This document shows positions 1-12,131 of a DNA stretch of 64,000 bases, one piece after another. Position numbers and translations under genes: made by a program. Within the stretch, counting starts at the first letter, position 1; every line of letters begins with the position of its first letter. Below the pieces are notes generated by a model. It saw nothing but the letters and a program-made list of their open reading frames with translations, had not been told where the DNA came from and did not search any database. The stretch comes from Podarcis vaucheri (lineage: Eukaryota), in the NCBI GenBank assembly GCA_965113315.1, contig OZ220372.1; one strand, given 5' to 3'.

Positions 1-176
1 AGTAAAAAAGATATGGGGTGCAGCAAAGTGGCTGTGAGTTCCTTTCTGGTGGGTGGGTGGGGGGGCTGCACATTCACATGGACTCCGTAAGCTAAAGTTT
101 GGCTTACTGTGCCGTGCAAACCAGGTCACTATCATGCACTGAGCACAACACTGGAGAAAAACAAAAACACTCTTAC

Positions 177-351
177 TGTGGCTGATCCCACATGGATCTG
201 GCTGGCAGAAGTGTTATATGTCTGGTCTCTTCCATATGATTTACCAACTCCCTTTTCGATTGGAATTTCTCCTGGCAACTGTAGCATCGACACTGATGGA
301 CCTCTCTTCTGATGAAGTTCAACAATTTCACTTGCTGATAGAAATTCAAAC
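177..351 (-). CDS. ZNF277: ZNF277 exon 11 (GLNFYQQVKLLNFIRREVHQCRCYSCQEKFQSKRELVNHMEETRH...WDQP); final exon lies outside window
   Basis: 175 nt, gctag|...|gtaaga; LNFYQQVKL..FIRR motif and last finger; no stop before donor. Confidence 0.95.
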
Positions 352-1009
352 CTAGCAGAGAAAAGTATTATTTTTTTTAAGGTGCAGGAGGAAAGGGGCA
401 CTGGAAGACCCAAGCAGTGAAGGTAACCATTTTGACCCATTAAAATAAATAAATAAATCCAAATTAGGATAATATTTTTATTAAGCCAATCAATATACCA
501 CAAAATAGCTAACAAGCTTTTGAGTTCTTAAGAAGTCTTTATTGGGCTAGGTGGTAAACAGAATATTGAGGAAGTTAGTGGGAGCAAGGAGAAAGCATTT
601 TTTTTTGGCTTATGTTCGACCCATGGAGTGTGTGTCTAGTTGTAGTCTTAAGATGGAACAGGGGAAGGAGGTATCTAAATCTTTTCTGCGGTTTCCCCCA
701 GTTCTCCAGAGCTGATCTGGGGAGGAAGCACATGTGAGAGCAAGCACAGGCTGCTTTGTTGCACAGGAGTAAATCCTTGCACTAACAGAACAAGAACAAT
801 ACATACTGTCCTCAATCTGCTTACTACAGTGATTTCTTGAGAACCACTATATGTATCTCATGCTACCCTTTTACATTCAGAAAAGGTCAGAACTGTCAAA
901 ACTGAAACATTTGGGATTGACATAGGTTGACTTCTGGTCCTGCACTTCGAAGAAGACACATTTCCAGCAGCGGTAGAGGTCTCCGATACAGTCTATGCTT
1001 TTTACTCAC

Positions 1010-1052
1010 CATGCTCAGCCTTAATGTTTAGCAGGTCGAATCCATGAGCCTC
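1010..1052 (-). CDS. ZNF277: ZNF277 exon 10 (EAHGFDLLNIKAEH)
   Basis: 43 nt, tccag|...|gtgagt. Confidence 0.93.
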
Positions 1053-1925
1053 CTGGAATTTGGGAAGAGGAAAAAGGGCTTCTAATTGTGAATAATTAAG
1101 AATTTTTCAAATTGAAAACACCTGAAGTTTATAAAGAACAGGCACACCGTAGCAAGTTTGCTTTGATTACAGGCTACGGACTGCTGCTGTATGATTGCTG
1201 AAAATTCTTCATGCTACTATTGTTAGGACGTTGCAAGCAGCATCACAGGAAATCAAACTACTGTTCCACCTAGCAGAGGGCTATCTTACTCTGCATGGTA
1301 TTTGCCAAGCTTGCTCCTTGGCATTTGTTAACTGTGAACACCAGGGATTGAAACTCAGGCTTTCAGTACTCAGCATGCATTTTCTATTAAGATAGACCTA
1401 TGAAGAGAGACCTAAGTAGGATATAGGTCTCTCGAGTGGATTATTGAAATGCTAACCTTTACAAGTGGGGTCCTGCAACAAAATGCTGCAGTGTGCCATG
1501 CTTCTGTTCAGGGTACAAGTGACTCTAAGCTACACCCACCCACCCTGCCAGCCAGTATTCTCTGCCCATTGAGCTTCTTCAGTCCCCACTGGGTTGTTTC
1601 TCATTTTCTTCTCCATTTTGTGTTTTATCAGAGAAGCCTGGACAAATTGTACCCAGTCCCAGCTGCATTAAAATCTTTTATTTATTTACTACACCTGCCA
1701 ATAATAACAACATTGCATGAGTACAAGAAGACTCCAATCAGTATGATGATGATGATTCTAATCTTTCCTTATTATAAATGCAAAGTTTTAAACTCTGCTA
1801 AAAGGTGGCCAAAAACATCCTCTCTGCTGAAATTAATAAAGTACAGAGCAGCCTTCTCCAATATGGTGGTTTTCAGATATTTTGGACTGCAACTCCCACC
1901 AGCCCTGGTGGGCATAGATAATGTT

Positions 1926-2176
1926 AAGAAGAAGAAGAAGAAGAGTTTGGATTTGATATCCCGCTTTATCACTACCCGAAGGAGTCTCAAAGCGGCTAAC
2001 ATTCTCCTTTCCCTTCCTCCCCCACAACAAACACTCTGTGAGGTGAGTGGGGCTGAGAGACTTCAGAGAAGTGTGACTAGCCCAAGGCCACCCAGCAGCT
2101 GCATGTGGAGGAGCAGGGAATTGAACCCAGTTCCCCAGATTGCAAGACTACCACTCTTAACCACTACACCACACTG
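1926..2176 (-). mobile_element. tRNA-derived CORE-type SINE (Squam3-like) with (CTT)n tail
   Basis: Minus-strand head ggtgtagtggttaagag...gggttc, MIR-core-like middle; near-identical copies at 15836 and 28422. Confidence 0.85.
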
Positions 2177-2353
2177 ATTAAGGAATCATGGAAATTGTAG
2201 TCCAAAGTATCTGGAAGGCACCATGTTGTGGAACAATGACATAAAACAGTTGGGGGTTTTTGAACTAGAACAGGGCACCTGAACGCTATCAAATTATATC
2301 CTCCCCCTTTTCCAAAGCAAGATCTAATACAGAAAGTAGAACATGCCTCTTAC

Positions 2354-2450
2354 CTCCATGTGAGAATAGAGCTTTTCTGTAGTGTCAGCTTGCTTTTCAC
2401 AGAAAAGGCACACTGCACAAACGGGATGTTCTTCCCAGCCGGACCAGTCT
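2354..2450 (-). CDS. ZNF277: ZNF277 exon 9 (EDWSGWEEHPVCAVCLFCEKQADTTEKLYSHME)
   Basis: 97 nt, tgcag|...|gtaaga. Confidence 0.95.
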
Positions 2451-2635
2451 CTGCAACAACAACCACAACAAAAAAGCAGTGCAAAAAGTCAGTTGAAGTT
2501 GGTGATTTGCAAAGGTTTCTGAAAGATATGGAGATGCTACAGACATGTGGCCCAATTTTGCTTCAACTTATCCAACATGAAAGTAAACGGGAATCAACTT
2601 CACAGACTGTCAGGCAGTTATGTCAATGCAAAGTA

Positions 2636-2884
2636 CAGTGGTACCTCGGGTTACATACGCGTCAGGTGACATACGCTTCAGGTTACATACGCTTCAGGTT
2701 ACAGACTCCGCTAACCTAGAAATATTACCTCGGGTTAAGAACTTTGCTTCAGGATGAAAACAGAAACCGCGCGGTGGTGGCGTGGCAGGCCCCATTAGCT
2801 AAAGTGGTGCTTCAGATTAAGAACAGTTTCAGGTTAAGAACGGACCTCTGGAACGAATTCAGTTCTTAACCCGAGGTACCACTC
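2636..2884 (+). mobile_element. Tc1/mariner (pogo/Tigger-like) MITE family A, copy 1
   Basis: TIR CAGTGGTACCTCGGGTTA / TAACCCGAGGTACCACT(C), TA TSD. Confidence 0.88.
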
Positions 2885-3595
2885 TACTGCAGAAGGGTAT
2901 GGGTGTGTTTACTTGTAAGGAACAAATGCAAGGTAAAGCAATACTTCATTTCCACAGAGGGTGGTTTGCTTCCAGTGTGCAGTTGGGCAATGCCATCTCT
3001 ATAGTAATCAAAACCATTAGCTAGTGGCCATGCTCCGAAATAACAGCTAGAAAAGGAATTGTATTTTATTCCCAGCGGCTCAGTTTCACCTCCTCTTAAC
3101 CCCCATTTCCTCTCCAACCCCTAACCCTAAATTTCTGAGAACTTTAAATGAAGGAATAAAAAACGGCTGCAAAATTTTGTAGCGTACTGGGGCCTAGCTT
3201 TTCTGTGCTATCTCCCCTAGGACACTTGCCCCTTTGCTTTGTTTTCTGACTCTCATGGGGGTTATGAGAGAATTGGGGAAATATGGTGGGCCCTGCTTCT
3301 TAAGAAGGGTAGTCCATGCAGTTTATTGCTATGCCCTAACTGGAAAGGACATACATTAAAATGCAAAATTATTATAAGTGGGGTGGGAATACATAGCATG
3401 TTGAACTGTATCTTCTATGGCTCCTCATGGTTGCTATAAAACACTAAATAACGCTGGAAATCCTATTAAATCCTATTCATCAACATTCTTGGCCATACCT
3501 ACTTTGTCCCTGAATGCCACTTTTTTTACAACATAATGTTGCCAAGCCCGCAGAACAGATTTCCCACCACTCTAAACTTTAAATACAACTCTTAC

Positions 3596-3663
3596 TCTTC
3601 CTGGTTGTCCAACAATTCTCTGTCATCTTCGGACTGAACCTCTTCCCAGGTCTTGCCAAATTC
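3596..3663 (-). CDS. ZNF277: ZNF277 exon 8 (EFGKTWEEVQSEDDRELLDNQE)
   Basis: 68 nt, ctccag|...|gtaaga. Confidence 0.95.
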
Positions 3664-3856
3664 CTGGAGGGGAAAGAAAAACACACAGAGCAAACATGAA
3701 TCTATTATACTTCAGCAACAGTCAATGCTCCAAGTCTTAGTCTTAGACAATGGATGTAAATAATTCAAAATGAGGCCACTCAAGGTCATTTACAGCTAAA
3801 ATAAAAACAGCTTAAAACACAGAAAAGAAAGCAATAATTAAAAAAACAAGCATTAA

Positions 3857-5158
3857 TGTAGCACCCTGCTTGTGGTTAACGCTTAGCTGGAATGAAATAT
3901 TCAACGCAGCAATAGAGAATTTAAAATAATAATTTATTTGTCAGACAAATAAATGAGAGGCACAGTGGTATATGGTTACCAAGCTCTGGCCTGGCCTCCT
4001 GCCATTATGGCCAGCACTTATATTCCCTTAATCCAGCCCCCTTTGCTCCTCCTTTGGCTGCCTCTGTCCAATCAGCCTGGTTGGATTTCCTATTGGCTGA
4101 TTGCTATAACCAATCCTAAAAGATACACCCATATCCTCCTGTCCTTATATGGAACACAAAGAGCTATATATTGTTACATCTATAAATGACAAATAAGTAG
4201 TAATATATCTTACATGTGTCTCAACAAGGAATCTTAATTACCAGCTCACCTCTTGCCCTCCTTGCCCTATTGCCTTCTAAAACAAATGGTTAATCTTAAA
4301 TTTTTATCTTAAACATATGTCAAGGATCTTGAGTTTCACATCAACATTGAAAGATCTCCTTCATTTGAAGGTTTCTAAACAAATGCCTGACAGCTAATAT
4401 ATCAGGACTGCTTGGATGGCGTCTCTTGTCTGGCAGGGGGGCTAGACTGGTGGCTGACTTAATTTCAGGATAAATACAACTCTTACAACTATATGAAATA
4501 AGAATCTAGCATTTCTAAATCCTTTGCATAATTACATCTATGCCAATACACTTAATACACAACACAGGTAGCCTCTTAAAAGGAATAAGGCCTTTGTAAA
4601 GTAGAAAAGGGAACTCAGTAAAAAAAGCAGTTTCAAAAGAAGCCTCTTCAGTTTACACTCCCCCCCCCTTCTCCAGCCAGTTGCTTTTCCCATTAGCTCT
4701 TCCCAACATTTATTGCCCTCTAACTTTCTCAGTTTAAGAAAGAAACAGCTTTAAAAAAAGACTTCCCAAAAATGCTCTCTTTCTGCCAGCTAGATGCTTC
4801 TCCATTTGGTCTTTAACCTTAGAAAGAAGATCTGGCTCACTTTACTGGGAGGCACATTGGTATTATTTTACTATTTACTCATTCCTAATTATGTTCATCT
4901 CTGCCTTTTTTATCTTCTGTAACATGTAGGGTCAGTGTCCTCGTTCTCAGCCTGTAATTTCAGCTTTTACGACTTTGAGAATTGTTTTCTGCTATAAATC
5001 AAAGGGGCCCCTTTGTCTAGGAGGAAAACACTGTCAAGGTTCTCTAAGCAGCTGGTCTTGTGCCTGGCATGAAACTTTTGAAAATCTTTAAGCTCTCTCT
5101 TTAATATACAAGTCCTGATCAAACATTAATAAAATGCAGGCTTATGCCTGATGCCTCA
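3857..5158 (-). mobile_element. Solo LTR (ERV/gypsy-type), copy A
   Basis: TGTAGCA...TGCCTCA termini, 4-bp TSD TTAA; homologous to 49817-50770; minus-strand order CCAAT boxes, TATA (4017-4023), AATAAA (3933-3938). Confidence 0.8.
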
Positions 5159-6155
5159 TTAATAGAACTAATATGTATATATGTATGTATCTATATGTAT
5201 ATGAGACCTGTTAAAATATACAGATCATCACACCACTCCTATCCTTAAAAATAGTCAGTTCCCAAAACCAGTTGGAATAAGTTTTCACCTACATGTCTTA
5301 CATTTTCACATTTTCAGTAAAGCATTTGCCTCCTTGTAATAGCTTGTTAGAGTTAAGATACTGTTGTTTTACTGTGGGAAAATCCACTGTATGTATGTAT
5401 GTATTTATGTATTTATTTTTATTGTTAGCCTGCCACAAAAGTCTAAACTGGCTGGTTTGGTAGTACAAATTATGTTTATTTTGTTTTTAAAATTGTTATA
5501 TTTTGTGTAATTTTGCACACTACCTTGAAGGGTCAACTGTCCCCCAAGGGGTAGTGTATATATCAGGTAATAAATAAATACAATAAATATTTAGGATTAT
5601 GTTAAAATTCTGACTCTTTGTCAAGATGTGACCCAGGGTAAGTTGGAGTGCCACAGATACGACCCACTTTTATTTTATATCCTTTTCTGGCAATGCATGT
5701 TTTTTTTCTGGGGGTGGGGAAGACAGAAGGGCCATTATGTTTGAAGGAGCTACAACGCTGAGGAGTAAGGGGAAATGTTTAAGATAATAGTAAAACACCA
5801 TCTAGCTACTCTAATGCTAAGTGTATTATTAGCTAGTGCTTAGATCAGGAGTAGCCAGGTGGCATTTTACTTTAAAGGGTTTTCGCCTTATTCACACAAC
5901 ATTGTAGGTCCTTCAGACACAGTGTTTGTTATTACCACTTCTAGGTATGTTGGCATGTCCTACCCTTGTTCCTTATTAAATAATAAAACAGAAAAGTCCT
6001 GGAGACAAGAGATTAAAATGGAGTCTTACAAATCTACAACGACCCCATTGCAATATTTTATAGCAAATGAAAACACACACACAAACACAAAAAGACCAGT
6101 CCCATAGCTCCATCAAAGCTGCTACAGCGTGTCAGGTAAACGGCGCACAGACATA

Positions 6156-6418
6156 CAGTGGTGCCTCGCAAGCCGAAATTAATTCGTTCTGCAAGTTTTT
6201 TCGTCTTCCGAGTTTTTTCGTCTTGTGAAGCACGGTTTCCCAAAGGGTATTAATGGTTTTAAGAAAAAGGAAACAAACTTGCAAGACGTTTTCGTTTTTC
6301 GTCTTGCGAAGCAAGCCCATAGGGAAATTCATCTTGCGAAGCAACTCAAAAAACGAAAAACTCTTTCGTCTTGCACGTTTTTCGTCTTGCGAGGCATTCG
6401 TCTTGCAAGGTACCACTG
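6156..6418. mobile_element. Tc1/mariner MITE, related TIR, different internal sequence
   Basis: TA-CAGTGGTGCCTCGCAAG...CTTGCAAGGTACCACTG-TA; internal ttcgtcttgc repeats. Confidence 0.82.
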
Positions 6419-6750
6419 TACATTTGTTAGAACAGCCTGTAACAAGATTTCAGTACAGATTAGGGAATTTGGATCCTGTAATTAATTCAGAGATGCTACT
6501 CTCGAGGGTAAACTCTCCAAGTGCGGCAGCCAGATTCATTAATGTTACCAGGATAGTGAGATAACTACCGGTACCTCACATTAACACCTCTCTCACCACA
6601 CCCACCCACCACAGTACCACGCGGCCTCCCATGAAAGTAGTCATATCGAGCAGCTAGCTTTTTAATGAAAAGCTAATAAATAGGGGTGGGAAGGGGGTGG
6701 TAGAGGAAGAGTTCTCTTCCCTAACCACTTACAATATAATGGTATCAAGT

Positions 6751-7132
6751 GGGACGCGGGTGGCGCTGTGGTCTAAACCACTAAGCTCTTGGGCTTGCCA
6801 ATCAGAAGGTCGGAGGTTCAAATCCCTGCAACGGGGTAACTTCTGTTGCACTGTCCAAGGTCCTGCCAACCTAGCAGTTCGAAAGCACACCAGTGCAAGT
6901 AGATGAATAAGTACCACTGTGGCGGGAAGGTAAACGGCGTTTCCGTGCGCTCGGGCTTCAGCCACAGTGTTCCACTGCACCAGAAGTGGTTTAGTCATGC
7001 TGGCCACATGACCCAGAAAGCTGTCTGTGAACAAACGCCGGCCTGAAAGCAAGATGAGCGCCGCAACCCCATAGTCGCCTTTGACTGGACTTAACCGTTC
7101 AGGGGTCCTTTACCTTTTTTACCTTTTTACCT
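6751..7132 (+). mobile_element. Sauria SINE, full length
   Basis: tRNA-like head gggacgcgggtggcgctgtggtctaaacc; (ACCTTT)n tail; TSD AATGGTATCAAGT at 6738-6750 and 7133-7145. Confidence 0.88.
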
Positions 7133-7333
7133 AATGGTATCAAGTGACCCCAAGTTTAGAATAAACAAAAGCTTTAGATTTTTTAGGCTACATCAGGTTT
7201 TAAGTAATTTCCAGCTATACCGAAAGCAACGGGGAATTTTACCTCTTTCAACAAGTTCATTGCAGGAGAATTACAGAAGCAAACTGCCCAATGGCTTGGG
7301 CTTGCTCTCCACTACTGGAATTAGAAGTCTTTA

Positions 7334-7559
7334 CAGTGGTACCTCGGGTTACATACGCTTCAGGTTACATACACCGCTAACCCAGAAATAGTGCAGCAGG
7401 TTAAGAACTTTGCTTCAGGATGAGAACAGAAATCATGCTCCGGCGGCGTGGCAGCAGCAGGAGGCCCCATTAGCTGAAGTGGTGCTTCAGGTTAAGAACA
7501 GTTTCAGGTTAAGAACGGACCTCCGGAACGAATTAAGTACTTAACCTGAGGTACCACTG
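7334..7559 (+). mobile_element. MITE family A, copy 2
   Basis: Same TIRs, TA TSD. Confidence 0.9.
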
Positions 7560-8552
7560 TATTAACAGGACCATTTCATTATCTGCATAGGCACACAGGC
7601 ACTCATGTAGTATGGCAGAAGGGTGAGCCCAAGGGCCAGGCAATCCCCTCCTTCCCCCATGCTCATTTACCTCTTCTTATTCCATGTGGTTGGTGGGGTT
7701 ACACAAGCCTCAGACTTACTTCTGTGTCCTGGCATATTGCAAACACACCTAAACTTTGTGAATAGCCCCTCAGACTGGCTTAAAGCAAGCCAGGCCAGTT
7801 AAACTTGTAAATTTGTAAATTGCCCTGTGATCTTCCAATGAATGGCAAAATATAAATTTAATGAACAACAACAATAAACTGTGACACAGAAAACTACTTT
7901 AGAGTAACTAGCACACAGGATCTCCTAGCCATAAGGCACAAATAATCCCATTAAGTGAAATTCTAGTACACAGGCAATACTAGAAAAATTATTACTGCTA
8001 TTACAGTAACTCTTGAGTTTTATACAATATTTACTGCCCAATAAAAACACTCTTATAAGGCAATAGCATTACATTTCTGTCTTCTTAGAAAAATCAAACA
8101 TGGTTTTGAAGAGCTGGTTCATGACCTCCAAATGCTTCAGGGTGTGCAATAATGAACGAGAGAGGCTACACATCTGTCATTTCAATTATGTCAGTCCACA
8201 TTCAGTTAAAGAGAAAGGGAAAGCTTTAATAGTGGCTGGGAAACTAATTCAGCCTTAGTGAAATGCCAGTGAGATATCAGAATGTTAGCACTGCAGTATA
8301 ACACCTCCAATGCCTTGGGACCAAAGAACCTAAAAAGCATTCCTCAGTATCCACCATCCTGGGCCCTATGATCAGTAGGGGAGGCCTTCTTGGTGTTGAC
8401 CTGTCTCCCCCTCATTATTAACATTTGGGGGGTGGATTTAAAAACATGCCCATTCACCTTGGCGGAAAGAGGCATTTCCGTTTCTTGGCCACAATGAAAT
8501 GCTCATTTTGTCACTTCGTCTTGCAGAACATGGCCAAAGAACAAGCAAGAGC

Positions 8553-8684
8553 AACAGTTACCTCATCCACTCCACATTTTACCAGATTCTCCGAAAGAAT
8601 ATCATGAAAGACTTGGTCAAAAACCTTACAGAAATCAAGATATACTATGTGGCAGCATTCCCCTGATCTACCAAGCTTTCAACT

Positions 8685-8726
<42 letters not shown>

Positions 8727-8860
8727 CTGGTATGACTTGTTTTTGAGAAACCCACGCTGGGTTTTAGTAATCATAGCACCCTTTTTCAAGTGCTCACAGG
8801 CTGACTGTTTAATTATCTGTTCTAGAACCTTTCCTGGTATCGTTGTCAAGCTCCCCAGCC
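8553..8860 (-). mobile_element. CR1 LINE reverse-transcriptase fragment interrupted by (GA)n
   Basis: SLTTIPGKVLEQII...QRGFLKNKSYQTNL, then microsatellite 8688-8720, then ...IVYLDFCKVFDQVFHDIL. Confidence 0.85.
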
Positions 8861-9054
8861 GGCAAAGCACTTGCATCCCATTGATTTAAAACTGGTGAGA
8901 CTTAAACCTGCTTCAGTTTGATGGCATCATGCATACAATGTGCAAATCAGGCTGCAATTTCAGACATTCTTACTAGGCAGGAAGTCCCAGTGAACTAAAA
9001 AAATGAGTTTACATATAGAGGATCGCACTGTCAGTCAAATAAGAGTTGCATATA

Positions 9055-9297
9055 CAGTGGATGCTCAGGTTGCGAACGTGATCAGTGTGGGAGGCACGTT
9101 CGCAACCTGCAGCGCTGTGTCTGCACACGTGCAGGTCGTGATTTGGTGCTACTGCGCATGCGCAAAGCGCGATTTAGTGCTTTGCGCATGAGCCGAAACC
9201 CAGAAGTAACCCATTCTGGTACATCCGGGTTCGGTGCGGTGTGGTGCGCAACCCAAAAATGTGCAACCTGAAGCGTCTGTAACCCGAGGTATGACTG
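9055..9297. mobile_element. Tc1/mariner MITE, related TIR
   Basis: TA-CAGTGGATGCTCAGGTT...AACCCGAGGTATGACTG-TA. Confidence 0.78.
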
Positions 9298-9310
9298 TAC
9301 ATCAACTTAC

Positions 9311-9443
9311 CAGATAATTAATGATATAAAATCTGTCGTATTCTCTGTTTTTGGCATTGATTCTGCGATGCTGCTTCTTTCTCATGTGATCCTTGAGCGT
9401 GTTCTTATCTCGAAAGGTTTTTTCACAGTACAAACACTGCAAG
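9311..9443 (-). CDS. ZNF277: ZNF277 exon 7 (LQCLYCEKTFRDKNTLKDHMRKKQHRRINAKNREYDRFYIINYL)
   Basis: 133 nt, cttag|...|gtaagt; C2H2 finger nearly identical to recalled ZNF277. Confidence 0.97.
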
Positions 9444-9502
9444 CTAAGATTAAAAGTAAATAAATAAAATTACAAACTGGTGCTAGGGACATTACTGTAA
9501 GG

Positions 9503-9843
9503 CAGTGTTTTTCAACCACTGTTCCACGGCACACTAGTGCGCCGCGAGATGTTGCCTGGTGTGCCGTGGGAAAAATAGAAAAATTCGAAAGATTTTTTTA
9601 AAAGTCAAATTTTCGCCCACTAAGCGGGCGCCGGACTGTGTCCACCCTATTTTCCATCCATCCTGGGTGGGGATCAGATCGGATGGGATCGGATGAGAGC
9701 GGACAGGCGGTCCGCTCTCATCCGATTCCCCATAGAGAGCAGCGGGGCTCTGACATCTCCCTCTCCGCACACCGTGGTGGTGTGCCTCGTGATTTTTTTC
9801 ATGAAACAAGTGTGCCTTTGCCCAAAAAGGTTGAAAAACACTG
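9503..9843. mobile_element. hAT-type non-autonomous element
   Basis: TIR CAGTGTTTTTCAACC / GGTTGAAAAACACTG, perfect 8-bp TSD CTGTAAGG. Confidence 0.92.
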
Positions 9844-10077
9844 CTGTAAGGAACCAGCCACTTACTTCAAGTGACTATGATGACAGCAGCTTACTTTGAG
9901 AAAGCACGGTTAGATAAATTTACAGAGAGCAAGATACACCCCCCCCCCGCCGATTCAGGCAGTTCCGAGGTTTTCAGGAGCATATGCTGAATTAGAAGGC
10001 TTAAGGCATGTGTTAACACTCTTTTTCAGCAGCTGTTTCGATGCAAACTGCTTCATAATCTTGGAGCACCCTGCAAG

Positions 10078-10217
10078 AGCTGGCATAGCTCAGTTGGCAG
10101 AGCATGAGACTCAATCCCAGGGTCGAGGGTTCGAGCCCCACCTTGGACAAAAAATAGCTTCTTTGCAGAGGGTTGGATTAGAAGACTCTTCTAGCAACAA
10201 TTCTGTGATTCTATGAT
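10078..10217 (+). mobile_element. tRNA-Lys-derived SINE with CR1-type tail
   Basis: tagctcagttggcagagcatgagact...ggttcgagcccca, then tail ttctgtgattctatga. Confidence 0.75.
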
Positions 10218-11068
10218 TACTTGAAGGCTCAATGGGAGTGCACTTTCAAAAGACAAACATCAGTTGATTGACAGGTAGGTGACCCCACCCATTTTAAAAA
10301 TTTGTCCCTGGAAGGGGAGAGCAGATATAGAATTGGCTCACCAAAGAAAAAACACATTAATCCCTTGTGTTAAAGGAACCACCACTGCCAACTGATGTAG
10401 TGTAAATATGTAAAATTTAAATCATTTTTGGGGAATTATTGGTGGTTTGCCTTTGTAGAATTTATATGACTGCTGATTTATTGGTACTACTGAGCTTATT
10501 TTTTTTACATGTTTACAATCACTTTTATAAATTTTCTGTATTGTATCCTTGTACAGTATTTGACACTGGAATAAACAAGTTATGCAGCCATGGAAGCAAA
10601 GAATATAAAAACACACACAACTAAATTTATGCAATAAAAAAATAAAAAAATACAAAATACAAAAAAAAATCAAAGCATAAACCACTGCAAGCACAACAGA
10701 CTGAGATTTAGCTGTTGGCATCATTGGTACTGGATTAAAATGCCCTTCAACACAGAAAAAATGGATTGACTTAATACGGCAAGAATATTATTTTAAAGAT
10801 TGCTTATTGCAAGATTGTTACAGTGTGGAAGAACCTTAGTAAGTCATGCTTCAGATAGCTTTGGGCAGAGTGACTCTGCTTGGCATTAATATAATGCTGA
10901 TTTATCAGATTCCCAGATATCTCATTCTGCTGCCTGAGCAAAAATCACAAGGACCCTTTGCGCGGATGCATGATTCACAGATCAATGTAACTGAACTGAT
11001 TTGAAGAACATTTTAACATGTTAGCATATTGCATTGGTAAGTAAAAATACTGCCCTCTCTCCAACCAT

Positions 11069-11096
<28 letters not shown>
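11069..11096 (+). repeat. (CA)n microsatellite
   Basis: Pure CA run; similar runs at 31028-31050 (TG) and 39652-39678 (CA). Confidence 0.95.
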
Positions 11097-11099
<3 letters not shown>

Positions 11100-11592
11100 T
11101 TCCTGCCTTCAGGAATTGGTCAGGGATTGCATTTAGAGACCATCTCCAACTTTTATTGCTAATTCATCCATAGAACTATGAAACAATATTACTTATTCAA
11201 TTCCCAGGCTCCCTTTTATAAGCTCTTAAAAATCCATTTTCTACCAACTTTGTTGCTTCAGAATACCCAAGGACCTATGCATCAAGCTCTTTTTTTCATA
11301 AACACAATTCGGAGATAATCGAGCTGCTCCTTACTATTGATTTAATTCCAAACTTTTTAAAAAGATAAATAAATGCTAGAAGCATCCTCCCCACCTCCTT
11401 TCCAGTAGTGACTGTGGATGTACAATGGGTTGCTTTTATTTAGTGGATTTTCTGTGGTAAGGGGAAATTCAGATTAATGTTAAGGAAAGTATGGTTTGGG
11501 ATAAGCATTTTGATGAAGACCAAACCATGTTTGTAAAAAAGTGCAGTGGTTCCACAATGAACACACATCTGGAAGCATCCCAAATTTTTGTA

Positions 11593-11818
11593 CAGTGGTA
11601 CCTCAGGTTACATACGCTTCAGGTTACAGACTCCGCTAACCCAGAAATAGTACCTTGGGTTAAGAACTTTGCTTCAGGATGAGAACAGAAATCGTGCTCT
11701 GGCGGCGCGGCGAAAGCAGGAGGCCCGATTAGCTAAAGTGGTGCTTCAGGTTAAGAACAGTTTCAGGTTAAGAACGAACCTCTTGAACGAATTAAGTACT
11801 TAACCCGAGGTACCACTG
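11593..11818 (+). mobile_element. MITE family A, copy 3
   Basis: Same TIRs, TA TSD. Confidence 0.9.
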
Positions 11819-12020
11819 TATAAGTGACACTACTGCTCTTTCCAATCCTGATATACAAAAGCTATGTATATCAGGGACCTGGGTTCAAAGAGGAATGGTT
11901 TAGGTGAAGATTATGATGTGAAGAACTCCCAAAACAATATACAGAGTCTCTCGTGTACACTAACTTATTTGTTACAAAGATCATATCCAGTCTTTCCGTA
12001 AACTCGGCTACTTAGCGCAC

Positions 12021-12131
12021 CTGTCTAGTTTCTTCTGTAGAAGTTCCAAAAACTCCTCACAGTGTACAATGTTATCTGGCAGCCCAACATTGAATGCATG
12101 ATCGTTTGCCATGTGATTGAGAAGGTCTGAT
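12021..12131 (-). CDS. ZNF277: ZNF277 exon 6 (SDLLNHMANDHAFNVGLPDNIVHCEEFLELLQKKLD)
   Basis: 111 nt, tgtag|...|gtgcgc; HxxxxH and FNVGLPDNIV motif. Confidence 0.95.

Noticed and set aside
132-515. 127-aa minus-strand ORF overlapping exon 11
   Set aside because: Wrong frame; the real exon 11 is read in another frame between splice sites 351 and 177
470-560. Possible second hammerhead/Penelope remnant (also a Penelope-like end at ~55720-55790)
   Set aside because: Catalytic core is degenerate or absent; too decayed to call
1449-2177. 242-aa + strand ORF
   Set aside because: Crosses MITE and antisense SINE sequence; the same peptide recurs at other SINE copies; no gene features
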